From positions 1 through 59,874 of the forward strand of contig JAYTXU010000070.1 of assembly GCA_043742785.1 (NCBI GenBank): a stretch of 59,874 nt of DNA, read 5' to 3'. Both the position numbers and the translations under genes were made by a program. The notes below the pieces were generated by a model. It had not been told where the DNA came from. It did not search any database and worked only from the letters and a program-made list of their open reading frames with translations. The DNA comes from Candidatus Omnitrophota bacterium. Lineage in GTDB: Bacteria; Omnitrophota; Gorgyraeia; Zapsychrales; Fredricksoniimonadaceae. Below, in pieces: positions 37,603 to 48,547 of the stretch (positions are counted from its first letter, which is position 1; the number at the start of each line of letters is the position of its first letter).

Positions 37603-38474
37603 ACAAAATCTAAAGAAATATCAATGCCGCTTTTAACAGAAGTCAGACTGCCTACTGATATACGCTCAACTCCAGACTTGGCATAAGCACGCACATTATT
37701 AATATTAATTCCACCCGATGCTTCTAATAAAATATGAGGATTAATTTTGTTACGCAGGATAACCGCTTTATAAACTTGAACAGGCGTCATATTATCCAAC
37801 AAGATCACTTCTGCTTTGGATGTTAAAGCTTCTTTAAACTCCTCCCAAGTATCAACTTCCAAAATAACCTTTTTTTTGGTCTTATCTTTAACAATTCTCA
37901 CTGCTTCTACTAAACCATATTTCACAAGCATGGAGCGATGATTATCTTTGATCATAGCCATTTCTGATAGATCAAAGCGATGATTTTCTCCGTCACCAAC
38001 TTTAACGGCATAACGTTCCATATGACGCAACAGTGGAGTCGTTTTTCTAGTATCTAAAATCTTAGATTTATAAAGTTTAACGCTATTCGCGAAGGTTCTT
38101 GTATTGGTTGCAATTGACGAAAGATGATTTAAGAAATTAATAGCCACCCGTTCGCCTGTTAAAATAGCTCTAGCTGGCCCTTTGATCACAGCAACAATCG
38201 TTTGTTTCTTAACTAAACTTCCTTCATTAATGATCTTTTTGAAATTCACCCTTTTATTTAAAGTTTTAAAGACACATTCCGCTACATTTAGTCCACAAAC
38301 GACGCCTCCTGATTTAAATAATATGCGAGCCTCCGCTTGAGCTGAAGCCGGAATAAGACTATTAGTCGTAATGTCTCCACTTCCTAAATCTTCAGCTAAA
38401 GCTGCATTCACAATAACTTTTAAGAAATCAACATTCATGGCGCCCATTATATCCTGCTCAGAGAAGGTATTCAA
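37599..38474 (-). CDS. nadC: Nicotinate-nucleotide pyrophosphorylase (QPRTase)
   Basis: EDLGSGDITT, LTGER, DTRKTTP, MIKDNH, LLDNM, EASGGI. Confidence 0.96.
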   Translation of the reverse strand: MNTFSEQDIMGAMNVDFLKVIVNAALAEDLGSGDITTNSLIPASAQAEARILFKSGGVVCGLNVAECVFKTLNKRVNFKKIINEGSLVKKQTIVAVIKGPARAILTGERVAINFLNHLSSIATNTRTFANSVKLYKSKILDTRKTTPLLRHMERYAVKVGDGENHRFDLSEMAMIKDNHRSMLVKYGLVEAVRIVKDKTKKKVILEVDTWEEFKEALTSKAEVILLDNMTPVQVYKAVILRNKINPHILLEASGGININNVRAYAKSGVERISVGSLTSVKSGIDISLDFV

Positions 38475-38478
38475 TAAC

Positions 38479-41163
38479 TTACGCTAAATCAGCCAGCACT
38501 TTATTTAATTCTGAAACTTCTTTTTGGAGGGTTGCCAAACGTTCTCTTTCCTTGGCAATAACATCTTCGGGGGCTTTACTGGCAAAGGCCTCATTACCCA
38601 AACGCAATTGCAAAGAATCAATCGCTTTTTGTTTTTGGACAATCTCCGCCAACATACGCTTTTTCTCAACAGCTAAATCTACTAAACCCCCTAGTGGAAT
38701 AAAAACTTTCACAGAACCAACTAAGCTACTTGCAGCATCCTTCACTGTCTTTATCTTAGAATCAATGGTTAAGGTTTTAAGGCGACCCAATCTTTGTATA
38801 TCCAGTTGATTATCAATGAGAAGTTTTTCTGTTGATGAATTATCCACGCTTAGAACAACATCAACTTGCTCATTAGGTTTTACATTCCATTGAGTACGAA
38901 TATTACGAATAGCCGTGATCACATCAATTACTGTTTGCATTTGAGAGAAGGCTTTATCATCGATCAGGTCTTTTTGTAAGCTGGGCCAAGAAGCAATCGA
39001 AAGACATTCTTCTTTTGTATTCAACTTGCTGTAAATTTCTTCAGTCACAAAAGGTATAAATGGATGCATCATTTTTAAAGAATTCTTCAATATAAATAAA
39101 GCTGTTTTTTGAACATTAATGTCCGTGAACTTACTCTTAGTCAGCTCCAAATACCAGTCGCAGAATGAACCCCAGAAGAAATCTTGAACTAAGATTTCTG
39201 CTTCAGAATAACGAAAAGTTTCAATCGCCTGAGATGTTTTAGAAAGGGTTTCATAAAAACGATTGATTATCCAACGTGACGGTAAATCCAACGCCTTAAC
39301 ATCCAAAACCTCGTAATCCCCTTTCTCCAAGGTCTGATTACAATTACTAAATATCAAACGTGAAGCGTTCCAGATTTTATTAGCAAAATTACGACCAATC
39401 TCAAATTTCTCTTTCGAGATAAAAATATCCTGCCCAGAATTAATAATCAAACTAAAACGAAGCGCATCTGCCCCATACTCCTCGATAATTTCCAACGGAT
39501 CGATAGCATTTCCTAAAGACTTAGACATCTTACGCCCCTTAGCATCACGCACAGTTCCATGAATATAGACCTCAGTAAAAGGCTCCTTCCCCATAAATTC
39601 ATAACCAGCCATAATCATACGAGCCACCCAGAAAAAAATAATTTCTGAAGCAGTAAACAAAGTCTTAGTCGGATAAAAAAAATTTAAATCAGTGCTATCC
39701 TTAGGCCATCCCAAGGTGGCAAATGGCCACAGCCATGATGAAAACCAAGTATCTAAGACATCTTCATCTTGTTTTAATTCAACCGCCTTGCCGTGTTTTG
39801 CAGTAGCTTGAGCTTGAGCCCCTAGTTCATTCGAAGCCACAAAGAGATTACCTTCTGTGTCATACCAAACAGGAATACGATGTCCCCACCAAATCTGACG
39901 AGAAATACACCAATCGCGAATTTCATCCATCCAATTCAGATAAAACTTCTCAAAGCGTTCTGGACGAATCTTAATTGTACCTTTTTTAACAGCTTCTATG
40001 GCAGGTAAGGACAATGGCTTCATCTTTACAAACCATTGCTTAGATAAATATGGCTCCACAATAGTATCGCAACGATAACAATGACCAACGGCATTTTTAT
40101 GATCTTCAATCTTTTCTAGAAGGCCTTGAGCATCTAGATCCGCAATAATCTTTTTACGCGCCTCGAAACGATCTAATCCGCTATATTGAGCACCTGCCTC
40201 ATTAATACGTGCATCCGGATGCATCACATTAATCACAGGTAATTGATGGCGCTGTCCCATCATAAAATCATTGGGATCATGGGCTGGAGTCACCTTGACT
40301 GCACCAGTACCAAATTCTGCCGACACAAAATCATCCGCAATAATCTTAATTTCACGATTCACTAAAGGTAAAATCAAAATTTGACCAATAAGCTTTGTAT
40401 AACGAGAATCTTTAGGATTAACAGCAACTGCCACATCTCCTAACATCGTTTCAGGACGGGTGGTAGCTACAACAATATAATTAGTGACAGGCACTATTTT
40501 TTCTCCCGAAGACACTTCTGAAAAATAGTGCCTGTCACTAATTTTCAAAGGATATTTAATGTAATAAAGTTTACCATTCTTTTCTTGATGCTCTGCTTCT
40601 TCATCGGAAAGTGCCGTTTGACAACGAGGACACCAATTAATAATACGTTCCCCTCGATAAATCAAGCCCTTCTTGTGCAAATGCACAAACGCTTCATTGA
40701 CAGCATCACTATACGCATCATCCATGGTAAAACGTGTGCGCAACCAATCACAGGAAGAACCTAATTTTTCTAACTGATGAATAATAGTATCGCCATATTG
40801 CTGCTTCCAAGCCCAAAGTTTCTTTACAAATTCTTCCCGGCTAAAATCCTGACGCTTCTTACCTTCCTTAACCAATTGTTTCTCAACAACATTTTGAGTT
40901 GCAATCCCTGCATGATCCGTACCAGGCATCCAGAGAGCCTCAAAACCATTCATACGTTTATAACGGATTAAAATATCCTGTAGGGTATTATTGAGTGCAT
41001 GCCCCATATGGAGAATACCGGTGACGTTCGGCGGCGGAATAACAACCGTAAAGGGCTTCTTTTTAGAATCAGATTTAGCATGAAAGAATTTTCCTTCCTT
41101 CCAAACCTTCAGCCATTTCTCTTCGGTTTCTTTAGAGCTATAACGAGGGGATAATTCAGACAC
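38479..41163 (-). CDS. valS: Valine--tRNA ligase
   Basis: PPPNVTGILHMGHA, ATTRPET, DWCISRQ, KMSKS, C-terminal coiled coil. Confidence 0.98.
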   Translation of the reverse strand: MSELSPRYSSKETEEKWLKVWKEGKFFHAKSDSKKKPFTVVIPPPNVTGILHMGHALNNTLQDILIRYKRMNGFEALWMPGTDHAGIATQNVVEKQLVKEGKKRQDFSREEFVKKLWAWKQQYGDTIIHQLEKLGSSCDWLRTRFTMDDAYSDAVNEAFVHLHKKGLIYRGERIINWCPRCQTALSDEEAEHQEKNGKLYYIKYPLKISDRHYFSEVSSGEKIVPVTNYIVVATTRPETMLGDVAVAVNPKDSRYTKLIGQILILPLVNREIKIIADDFVSAEFGTGAVKVTPAHDPNDFMMGQRHQLPVINVMHPDARINEAGAQYSGLDRFEARKKIIADLDAQGLLEKIEDHKNAVGHCYRCDTIVEPYLSKQWFVKMKPLSLPAIEAVKKGTIKIRPERFEKFYLNWMDEIRDWCISRQIWWGHRIPVWYDTEGNLFVASNELGAQAQATAKHGKAVELKQDEDVLDTWFSSWLWPFATLGWPKDSTDLNFFYPTKTLFTASEIIFFWVARMIMAGYEFMGKEPFTEVYIHGTVRDAKGRKMSKSLGNAIDPLEIIEEYGADALRFSLIINSGQDIFISKEKFEIGRNFANKIWNASRLIFSNCNQTLEKGDYEVLDVKALDLPSRWIINRFYETLSKTSQAIETFRYSEAEILVQDFFWGSFCDWYLELTKSKFTDINVQKTALFILKNSLKMMHPFIPFVTEEIYSKLNTKEECLSIASWPSLQKDLIDDKAFSQMQTVIDVITAIRNIRTQWNVKPNEQVDVVLSVDNSSTEKLLIDNQLDIQRLGRLKTLTIDSKIKTVKDAASSLVGSVKVFIPLGGLVDLAVEKKRMLAEIVQKQKAIDSLQLRLGNEAFASKAPEDVIAKERERLATLQKEVSELNKVLADLA
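40479..40543. repeat. Family A REP doublet in frame inside valS
   Basis: Perfect 23-bp inverted repeat AATTAGTGACAGGCACTATTTTT at 40479-40501 and 40521-40543. Confidence 0.95.
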
Positions 41164-41167
41164 AGAT

Positions 41168-42736
41168 TTATTTCTTATCCTTCAATAATTTATATTCAAT
41201 AGCATCAACCAAGGCTTCCCAACTGGCTTCGATGACATTTTCATGCACACCTACCGTCGTCCAGGAATCACATTCATCCTGAGATTCAATTAAGACACGC
41301 ACACGAGCTGCTGTGCCCTCCTTAGTATCTAAGACGCGCACCTTATAGTCTGACAAATGCATATGTTCCAAGTTTGGATAAAATTTACGCAAAGCACTAC
41401 GCAGTGCTTTATCCAAAACTTCGACGGGACCATGACCTTCCACAGAAGCCATTTCATCGTTTCCATTAACCTTCAAACGAACAGTTGCCCCAGCAATCAC
41501 AGAACCATCTAATTTTTTCTCGGTATAAACTTTAAAGCCATCTAAATGAAAAAAAGACTGATATAATTTTAAATGACGCTTCATAAACAATTCAAAAGAA
41601 GCATCCGCCCCTTCAAATTGATAACCATTAAGCTCCTTATCTTGAAGAGCTAACATAATTTCACGAGCTTCAGGAGAATTCTTATCGAGAGAAATATTCA
41701 TCTTTGCCGCTTTTAAAATAATAGGCATTTTACCCGCTAATTCTGAAGTCAGAAGTCTGCGATGATTCCCCACGATTTCAGGATTAATATGCTCGTAGGC
41801 CATAGGATTTTTAAGCATCGCATCAATGTGAACTCCCCCCTTATGCGCAAAAGCCGAATGACCCACAAAAGGATGATTACCTGCCAATGTGTAATTGCTG
41901 ACTTCACTAATGTAATAAGAAGCCTCCATAAGATGTTTAATCTTATTCTCAGGAATAGACTTTCTTTTCATCTTAGTTTCTAAGATAGACATAATAGTGC
42001 ACAAGTCTGCATTGCCGCATCGTTCCCCTAAACCATTAAACGTCCCCTGCACCTGAACGCATCCGGCATTAATAGCCGCCAGAGAATTAGCCACAGCCAA
42101 ATCCTGATCATTGTGAGTATGAATACCTAAAGAACCTTTGATTTTCTTCCTCACATCTTTAACAATTTTTGCAATTTCTTCAGGCAAGGTTCCACCGTTA
42201 GTATCACAAAGAATAATACAATCTGCCTTCGCTTTATAAGCGGCTAAAAGTGTAGAAAGAGCATATTTAGAATCTTTTTTATACCCATCAAAGAAATGCT
42301 CAGCATCATAAAAAACTTCTCGTTTGTTCTTTTTTAAAAACGCAATGGAATCCGTGATCATCTTCAGATTTTCTTCCAATGTCGTCTTAAGAACATCCGT
42401 CACATGTAAAGACCAGCTCTTGCCAAAAATCGTTACCGTTGGTGTTCGAGAGGCAATCAGTTCTTTTAAATTTGTATCATCTTCAGGTTTAATATTGGCT
42501 CGACGGGTTGAACCAAAAGCCGCCAGCTTAGCATTCTTTAATTTACGAGTCTTCATAAGCTCAAAATATTCTTTATCTTTTGGATTAGAGCCCGGCCAAC
42601 CGCCTTCGATATAATGAATTCCTAATTCATCAAGCTTTAAAGTGATCTTCAATTTATCCGCTACTGTATAAGAAACTCCTTCGGTTTGAGAACCATCCCG
42701 AAGAGTTGTGTCGTATATGATTATTTTTGACATCAA
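41168..42736 (-). CDS. cimA: Citramalate synthase
   Basis: YDTTLRDGSQ, IEGGWPGSNPKD, YDAEHFFDG, AHKGGVH, WTTVGV..NVIEASW. Confidence 0.92.
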   Translation of the reverse strand: MMSKIIIYDTTLRDGSQTEGVSYTVADKLKITLKLDELGIHYIEGGWPGSNPKDKEYFELMKTRKLKNAKLAAFGSTRRANIKPEDDTNLKELIASRTPTVTIFGKSWSLHVTDVLKTTLEENLKMITDSIAFLKKNKREVFYDAEHFFDGYKKDSKYALSTLLAAYKAKADCIILCDTNGGTLPEEIAKIVKDVRKKIKGSLGIHTHNDQDLAVANSLAAINAGCVQVQGTFNGLGERCGNADLCTIMSILETKMKRKSIPENKIKHLMEASYYISEVSNYTLAGNHPFVGHSAFAHKGGVHIDAMLKNPMAYEHINPEIVGNHRRLLTSELAGKMPIILKAAKMNISLDKNSPEAREIMLALQDKELNGYQFEGADASFELFMKRHLKLYQSFFHLDGFKVYTEKKLDGSVIAGATVRLKVNGNDEMASVEGHGPVEVLDKALRSALRKFYPNLEHMHLSDYKVRVLDTKEGTAARVRVLIESQDECDSWTTVGVHENVIEASWEALVDAIEYKLLKDKK

Positions 42737-42752
42737 TAAATCCTTTTTATAA

Positions 42753-42781
42753 TGTACAGGCTGGGCATGCCCAGCCCCTAC
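42753..42781 (-). repeat. GTAG-type REP-like palindrome (family D), single copy
   Basis: Minus strand GTAGG-GGCTGGGCATGCCCAGCC-TGTACA with a perfect 18-bp palindrome, immediately after the lysC stop. Confidence 0.6.
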
Positions 42782-44005
42782 TTAAATCTGCTCTAACTTA
42801 AATGCTTTGTGTAATGATCTAACCGCCTTATCAGCCAAGTCCTGCTGAATAATACAAGAAACACTGATTTCTGACGTAGAGATCATATCAATATTAATTT
42901 GCTCATCAGCCAATGTTTTAAACATTCGAGCAGCTATCCCACTATGAGAACGCATACCGCTTCCCACCAAAGAAACACGAGCCACATTACGGTCTTCAAA
43001 AATATCCCCTGCACCAATTTTACTACCGATAGCCCGAGTAGCCTTAATAGCCTTATTTAATTCCGCCTTAGGTACAGTAAAAGAAATATCTGAAAGCCTA
43101 TCATGCGGTACATTCTGCACAATGGTGTCAACATTAATACCTTGTCTTGAAATCTCACTAAAAATCTTTGCAGCAATCCCTGGTTTGTCAGGAACGCTAC
43201 AAATAGTAATCTTAGCTTCGCTTTTATTACAAGTCACACCTCTGACGGCAATTTCTTCCATTTTTTCATTTTCTTTAATAATCATAGTTCCTTCCTCCTT
43301 TGAAAAACTTGAACGCACATGTAAGGGAATATTAAAACGTTTGGCCACTTCAATCGAGCGCGGCTGCATCACTTGAGCACCTAAAGAAGCCATTTCTAAC
43401 ATTTCATCAAATGTAATTTTCTTAATCTTACGAGCTTCTTTAACAATACGAGGATCAGTGGTATAAATACCATCCACATCCGTATAAATTTCACAAACAT
43501 TTGCTCTTAACGCTTTCGCCAAAGCCACCGCTGTTAAATCAGAACCACCCCTCCCTAGGGTGGTAATATCATCATCAGACGTCACACCTTGGTACCCGGC
43601 CACAATAACAATTTTACCCTCTTTAAATGCTTTTTTAATACGCTTTCCATCAATCGTGATAATGCGCGCCTTAGTGTACATTTTATCCGTTTTAATTCCT
43701 ACCTGACGACCTGTAAAAGAAATCGCCTCATGACCTAAAGCTTTGATCGCAATAGCTAAAAGTGCGCAAGAAATCTGCTCGCCAGTTGATAAAAGCATAT
43801 CCATTTCTCTATCAGGCGGAGTTGTCGTCAATTGAAGTGCTAGCGCTTCTAATTCATCAGTTGTGTCTCCTAACGCAGAAACGACCACCGCTACATCCGT
43901 ATGCTTATTTTTATAAGAAATTACTCTTTGAGCAACATTCTTAATTCTTTCGATATTCGCTACCGAAGAACCGCCAAATTTCTGAACAACAATTTCCTTT
44001 TCCAT
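42782..44005 (-). CDS. lysC: Aspartate kinase
   Basis: QKFGGSSV, TTLGRGGSD, TDVDG, two ACT domains. Confidence 0.95.
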   Translation of the reverse strand: MEKEIVVQKFGGSSVANIERIKNVAQRVISYKNKHTDVAVVVSALGDTTDELEALALQLTTTPPDREMDMLLSTGEQISCALLAIAIKALGHEAISFTGRQVGIKTDKMYTKARIITIDGKRIKKAFKEGKIVIVAGYQGVTSDDDITTLGRGGSDLTAVALAKALRANVCEIYTDVDGIYTTDPRIVKEARKIKKITFDEMLEMASLGAQVMQPRSIEVAKRFNIPLHVRSSFSKEEGTMIIKENEKMEEIAVRGVTCNKSEAKITICSVPDKPGIAAKIFSEISRQGINVDTIVQNVPHDRLSDISFTVPKAELNKAIKATRAIGSKIGAGDIFEDRNVARVSLVGSGMRSHSGIAARMFKTLADEQINIDMISTSEISVSCIIQQDLADKAVRSLHKAFKLEQI

Positions 44006-44008
44006 AAA

Positions 44009-45208
44009 TTAATTCCTCTTTAAAAAATATTCAACCATTTCATGACCACTGCTAAATTTTATTCCTTTTGTTCCTGCTTCCTCTTCAGAATACATGCGCA
44101 CTCCATTAGATTCAATTCCTGGTCCATAAACAATAAAAGGAACCGGATCAGATGTATGTGTACGACGAGAAACCGGTGTCGGATGATCAGGGGCAATAAG
44201 CACTCTAACATCCCTATGATCCTTTAAATAATTTCTAACCGTGCCAACAACCAGATTATCAAAATGTTCAATACATTCCTTCTTAGCTAGATAGTCCCCG
44301 TTATGTCCCGCTTCATCAGGTGCTTCTACATGCACATAAACAAAATCTTTATTTTTCAAAGATTTAAGCGCGTATTCTGCCTTACCTTTATAATTCGTAT
44401 TATAATACCCATTAGCTCCAGGCACTGAAATAACATCCAATCCAGCCAAAAGACCTATTCCATTCACTAGATCTACAGCAGAAATAACTGAACCTGTTAA
44501 ATGATAGCGATCCTTAAACAACGGTAAATTAGGCCTTGATCCCTGCCCCCAGAGCCAAATCATATTAGCCGGCTTTTCTTTTAAATCAAGCCTGGTTTGA
44601 TTGACCTGATGATCAAATAAAATCTTCTTAGACTTCTCCATCAAATTAAGCAAAATATCACTTTGAGGTCCATGAGGCAAATATTTTTTAATAGATTGAT
44701 TTAAAATATCATGTGGTGGTACTGTTTTAACCTTAAGCAACTGTTCACGATCAATAGGCCTTAAAATCATCAAATGCCTGTAACTTTTACCAGGATAAAA
44801 ACGTACATCCGGCCAATCAATCATCCTCTGCAGATATTCAATGAGTACTTTGGCTTCATCAGTCGATATATGACCGGCACTATAATCATTCATCAGACCA
44901 TCTTCTTCTGTAATCAAATTACAACGAAAAGCAACTTCATCATCACGAAGCTTAACACCTAAACTAGCCGCTTCTAAAGGAGCTCGTCCAGAGAAATTAA
45001 CTTTTGGATCATAACCCATAAGAGCTAAATTACCAATATCAGATCCTGGTGACATCCCCTGCGGAATTGTCTGCACCAAGGCTGACAAACCACCCTGAGC
45101 CAAGAAATCCATATTCGGCGTGTTAGCGGCTTGAAGAGGTGTTTGACCGTTTAATTGAGCGACTGGCTCATCGGCCATGCCATCTGGAACTAGAATAATA
45201 TATTTCAT
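44009..45208 (-). CDS. apgM: Cofactor-independent phosphoglycerate mutase family protein (ApgM; proposed homoserine kinase subfamily)
   Basis: DGMADEP, PGSD, GRAPLEA, HVEAPDEAGH, PDHPTP. Confidence 0.85.
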   Translation of the reverse strand: MKYIILVPDGMADEPVAQLNGQTPLQAANTPNMDFLAQGGLSALVQTIPQGMSPGSDIGNLALMGYDPKVNFSGRAPLEAASLGVKLRDDEVAFRCNLITEEDGLMNDYSAGHISTDEAKVLIEYLQRMIDWPDVRFYPGKSYRHLMILRPIDREQLLKVKTVPPHDILNQSIKKYLPHGPQSDILLNLMEKSKKILFDHQVNQTRLDLKEKPANMIWLWGQGSRPNLPLFKDRYHLTGSVISAVDLVNGIGLLAGLDVISVPGANGYYNTNYKGKAEYALKSLKNKDFVYVHVEAPDEAGHNGDYLAKKECIEHFDNLVVGTVRNYLKDHRDVRVLIAPDHPTPVSRRTHTSDPVPFIVYGPGIESNGVRMYSEEEAGTKGIKFSSGHEMVEYFLKRN

Positions 45209-45819
45209 ATTTGATTAATCAATCTAACTAAACCTTGAACCAATTCTTTCTTATTGTCTGATTTCAACCAAATATTTTTTTCTTTATCAATTATAAACCC
45301 TTTATATCCATTTCTTAGCGTATTAGCCACCACTAAATCACAATGAGCTATATCAAACAATTCCTTACATTCTTCTACCGCATTAGCTGCGTTTAAATGA
45401 GATTCTAATTTAAAACCTACTAAGAAAATACGCGGCGCCTTAATCTTAATACTGTTAATGATTTTAGCTGTAGGCGTAAATTTTAAAGACACCTCTTGAG
45501 AAGAACTAAGCTTCCCCTTGAACACTTTAGTCATTTTAAAATCTGAAACAGCAGCAGCGTGAATCAGAACATCATATCTCAAGCTTATCTGCTCTAATAA
45601 AATCTTTTGCAACTCATCGAAAAAATTATATTTAATGATTTCTACATTTTTATTTGAAAAGACATGTGTCACAGGTCCTTCAATCAAGGTTACCTTTGCT
45701 TTTCTAGCTGCAAATTCTTGGGCAATGAGATGCCCCATTTCTCCGCTGGATTGATTACTAATCACCCGCACATCATCAATAGGAACCCATGTTGGTCCGC
45801 AAGTAATTAGTACTCGCAT
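45205..45819 (-). CDS. coaB: Stand-alone phosphopantothenate--cysteine ligase domain
   Basis: LITCGPT..PIDDVRVISNQSSGEMG, AAAVSDF, VGFKLE, VVAN. Confidence 0.8.
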   Translation of the reverse strand: MRVLITCGPTWVPIDDVRVISNQSSGEMGHLIAQEFAARKAKVTLIEGPVTHVFSNKNVEIIKYNFFDELQKILLEQISLRYDVLIHAAAVSDFKMTKVFKGKLSSSQEVSLKFTPTAKIINSIKIKAPRIFLVGFKLESHLNAANAVEECKELFDIAHCDLVVANTLRNGYKGFIIDKEKNIWLKSDNKKELVQGLVRLINQI

Positions 45820-45820
45820 A

Positions 45821-46873
45821 TTAAAGCCCTATTAATGAGAGAATTGATCGACGATCAGATTTAACAACCACAGGTTCAGGCAGATCCTTCATCGCTGTTT
45901 TGGGATCCTTCAGGCCATGCCCTGTGACTGTACAAACAATACGACCACTGGCCCTTTTAAAATATCCCGCCTTTGCCAATTTAATTATCCCCGCAACCGA
46001 TGCTGCCGATGCTGGTTCAACAAAAATACCTGCTGTTTGAGCTAATAAATGATACGCCTGTAGAATTTCTTCATCAGTCACTAGATCAATTAAACCCTTG
46101 GATTCATCCCTAGCTTCAACGGCAGATTTCCAACTAGCTGGATTACCAATACGAATAGCCGTAGCAATAGTCTCAGGAAGCTCAATAATTTTATTATGGA
46201 CAATCGGAGCTGCCCCTGCTGCTTGAAAACCTAACATCACAGGCAAAGATTGACTCTTACCTGCTTTTTTATATTCTTTGTAACCCTTCCAATAGGCTGT
46301 AATATTTCCAGCATTACCAACTGGGATCGCATGAAACTCAGGAGCATCACCTAAAAAATCACAAACCTCAAACGCTGCTGTTTTCTGTCCTTCTATGCGA
46401 TAGGGATTCAAAGAATTCACCAGCTCAACCGGATAATTGTCTGTGATATCTTTAACTAAATTCAGGGCATCATCAAAATTACCATCAATAGCAATGACCT
46501 GCGCTTGATGAATCATAGCCTGAGCTAATTTACCAAGAGCAATATTACCATTAGGAATTATTACAACACATTTTAAACCACCCCTTGCAGCATAGGCCGC
46601 TGCGGAAGCAGAAGTATTCCCCGTGGAAGCACACATAACAACAGAAGCCCCTTTTTCCTTAGCTTTGGAAATGGCCATGGTCATGCCACGATCTTTAAAA
46701 GATCCTGTCGGATTTAATCCTTCATATTTTAAGAAAACTTGCAAACCAGTAATCTTATTTAAAGACTCGGCAGGAATAAGCGGAGTATTACCTTCATAAA
46801 GAGTGACAACCGGTGTCTTATCGGATACCGGTAAATATTCGCGGTAATGATTGATAAGGCCTGTCCAACGCAT
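45821..46873 (-). CDS. thrC: Threonine synthase
   Basis: [37 protein letters not shown]. Confidence 0.96.
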   Translation of the reverse strand: MRWTGLINHYREYLPVSDKTPVVTLYEGNTPLIPAESLNKITGLQVFLKYEGLNPTGSFKDRGMTMAISKAKEKGASVVMCASTGNTSASAAAYAARGGLKCVVIIPNGNIALGKLAQAMIHQAQVIAIDGNFDDALNLVKDITDNYPVELVNSLNPYRIEGQKTAAFEVCDFLGDAPEFHAIPVGNAGNITAYWKGYKEYKKAGKSQSLPVMLGFQAAGAAPIVHNKIIELPETIATAIRIGNPASWKSAVEARDESKGLIDLVTDEEILQAYHLLAQTAGIFVEPASAASVAGIIKLAKAGYFKRASGRIVCTVTGHGLKDPKTAMKDLPEPVVVKSDRRSILSLIGL

Positions 46874-48168
46874 TAGAGCTTCTCCATACGAATAGCGACA
46901 GGTCTGCCTCGAATAACAGCCAAGTTGGTGATCTTATCTAAAGCTTCCCTCACCTGACGTTCATTAGCCTGATGAGTCAATATAACAACAGGAACTGTAG
47001 ACCCTTTGTTTTCCTGCTTTTGGGAAACAGAAGCAATGGAAATATTATGCTGACCTAAAACTGCCGTGATCGCAGCTAGAACACCTGGCTTATCGGTGAC
47101 CATAAAACGAATGTAAAACCTAGTTTCAATCTCATCGATCTTTCTAAAAGAAATATTAGCGACTTCCTCCGCAGGATTAAACGCCCAAATACAAGCTGGA
47201 GCATCGACACGAATACCTAAATTGATAAGATCAGAAACAACACCCATGGCTGCTGTTAAAGCACCCGCGCCTTGACCTTCGATGAACACATCTCCTAGAG
47301 GATCAGAATCAAGAAAGATAGCATTATCGACACCATTGACTGTTGCTAATCCGTGATCTTTAGGGATCATGGTGGGATGAACCCGAACATCCAATTGAGT
47401 GCCAATCTTTTTACCAATAGCCAACAAACGAATCGTTAAATTTAAACTCTCTGCAAATTCAATATCCTCGTTAGAAATATGATTAATTCCTTCCACGTAA
47501 ATATCTTTAACACTCACAAATTTACCCATGGTCAGAAAAACCAAAATGGCCAATTTATAAGCTGAATCCATACCGCTAATATCTAAAGTGGGATTACTTT
47601 CAGCATAACCCTTTTCCTGAGCCTCTTTAAGAGCTTGAGCAAAAGATAATTTACTTTTAGACATGGCACTCAGAATAAAATTACAAGTTCCATTCACAAT
47701 ACCGTAAACACCATTAAATTTATTTCCAGCCATCCCTTCTGTGATCGTACGAATGATAGGAATACCTGCTCCTACCGACGATTCAAAAAGAATACTACAA
47801 CCATTGGCATCAGCTTCTTTAAACAATTCCAAACCGCATTCTGCAATCAAGGCCTTATTCGCTGTGACCACATGTTTTTTAGCTCTTAAAGCACCTAGAA
47901 CTATTTCTTTAGCAGGGGACAATCCACCAATTAACTCCACCACCACATGAATTTCAGGATCTTTAAGAATAACATTATAATCCGAGGTTAATAAGGTGTT
48001 ATCTAAAGAAGGATTTGGTTTTTTAGAAATACTACGGTCACAAATGGTCTTTATAAAAAAATCTGTCTCATACTTTTCACGTAGAAACTTGCGTCGACTC
48101 TTAAGAGTTTTAACCACTCCCTGACCTACAACACCGTACCCTACTAATCCAATATTAATGCGATCCAT
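46873..48168 (-). CDS. hom: Homoserine dehydrogenase
   Basis: [28 protein letters not shown]-terminal ACT domain. Confidence 0.96.
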   Translation of the reverse strand: MDRINIGLVGYGVVGQGVVKTLKSRRKFLREKYETDFFIKTICDRSISKKPNPSLDNTLLTSDYNVILKDPEIHVVVELIGGLSPAKEIVLGALRAKKHVVTANKALIAECGLELFKEADANGCSILFESSVGAGIPIIRTITEGMAGNKFNGVYGIVNGTCNFILSAMSKSKLSFAQALKEAQEKGYAESNPTLDISGMDSAYKLAILVFLTMGKFVSVKDIYVEGINHISNEDIEFAESLNLTIRLLAIGKKIGTQLDVRVHPTMIPKDHGLATVNGVDNAIFLDSDPLGDVFIEGQGAGALTAAMGVVSDLINLGIRVDAPACIWAFNPAEEVANISFRKIDEIETRFYIRFMVTDKPGVLAAITAVLGQHNISIASVSQKQENKGSTVPVVILTHQANERQVREALDKITNLAVIRGRPVAIRMEKL

Positions 48169-48173
48169 ATAAG

Positions 48174-48530
48174 CTAAATCTCCTTATGGGCGTATTGTTC
48201 AACCTTATTTAACACTTCTTTAGCCGACGTAGAAAGATCTTTAAACTTTAATCTGATCTCATAGATCAATCCTATGATCTTTTCTCGACATTCTAAGACT
48301 TCCCCTTGCAAATAAACGCCCTCTGCTAAAAATGGAGTTTTCAACTCTATCCCATACTGATCTCCAACAATCAACGGAGAAGTTACAGAGAAATTTATCC
48401 CCCCTTGGCTAATATTATTGATCTGCGTAATTTCTTTTTGTGCGGAAATATTAGAAAGTGGATGGTAGTTTAAGATAAAACTACGATAAATACGAACATG
48501 TTCACGACGGTTTTGTAATGGTTCAGACAT
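48174..48530 (-). CDS. PilZ domain protein
   Basis: RREHVR (RxxxR) and NISQGG (D/NxSxxG); start at MSEP, downstream of the tRNA. Confidence 0.85.
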   Translation of the reverse strand: MSEPLQNRREHVRIYRSFILNYHPLSNISAQKEITQINNISQGGINFSVTSPLIVGDQYGIELKTPFLAEGVYLQGEVLECREKIIGLIYEIRLKFKDLSTSAKEVLNKVEQYAHKEI

Positions 48531-48547
48531 AAGATTCCATATAATAA

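Noticed and set aside
36914-40764. Plus-strand ORFs starting MPVT at 36914 and 40528, and the MPVT extension at 36118
   Set aside because: They start at the GTG inside family A REPs; the plus-strand ones are antisense to real genes.
44775-44785. TGCCTGTAACT, a partial family A match in apgM
   Set aside because: Short, mismatched, has no partner arm and lies in a conserved coding motif (SYRHL).
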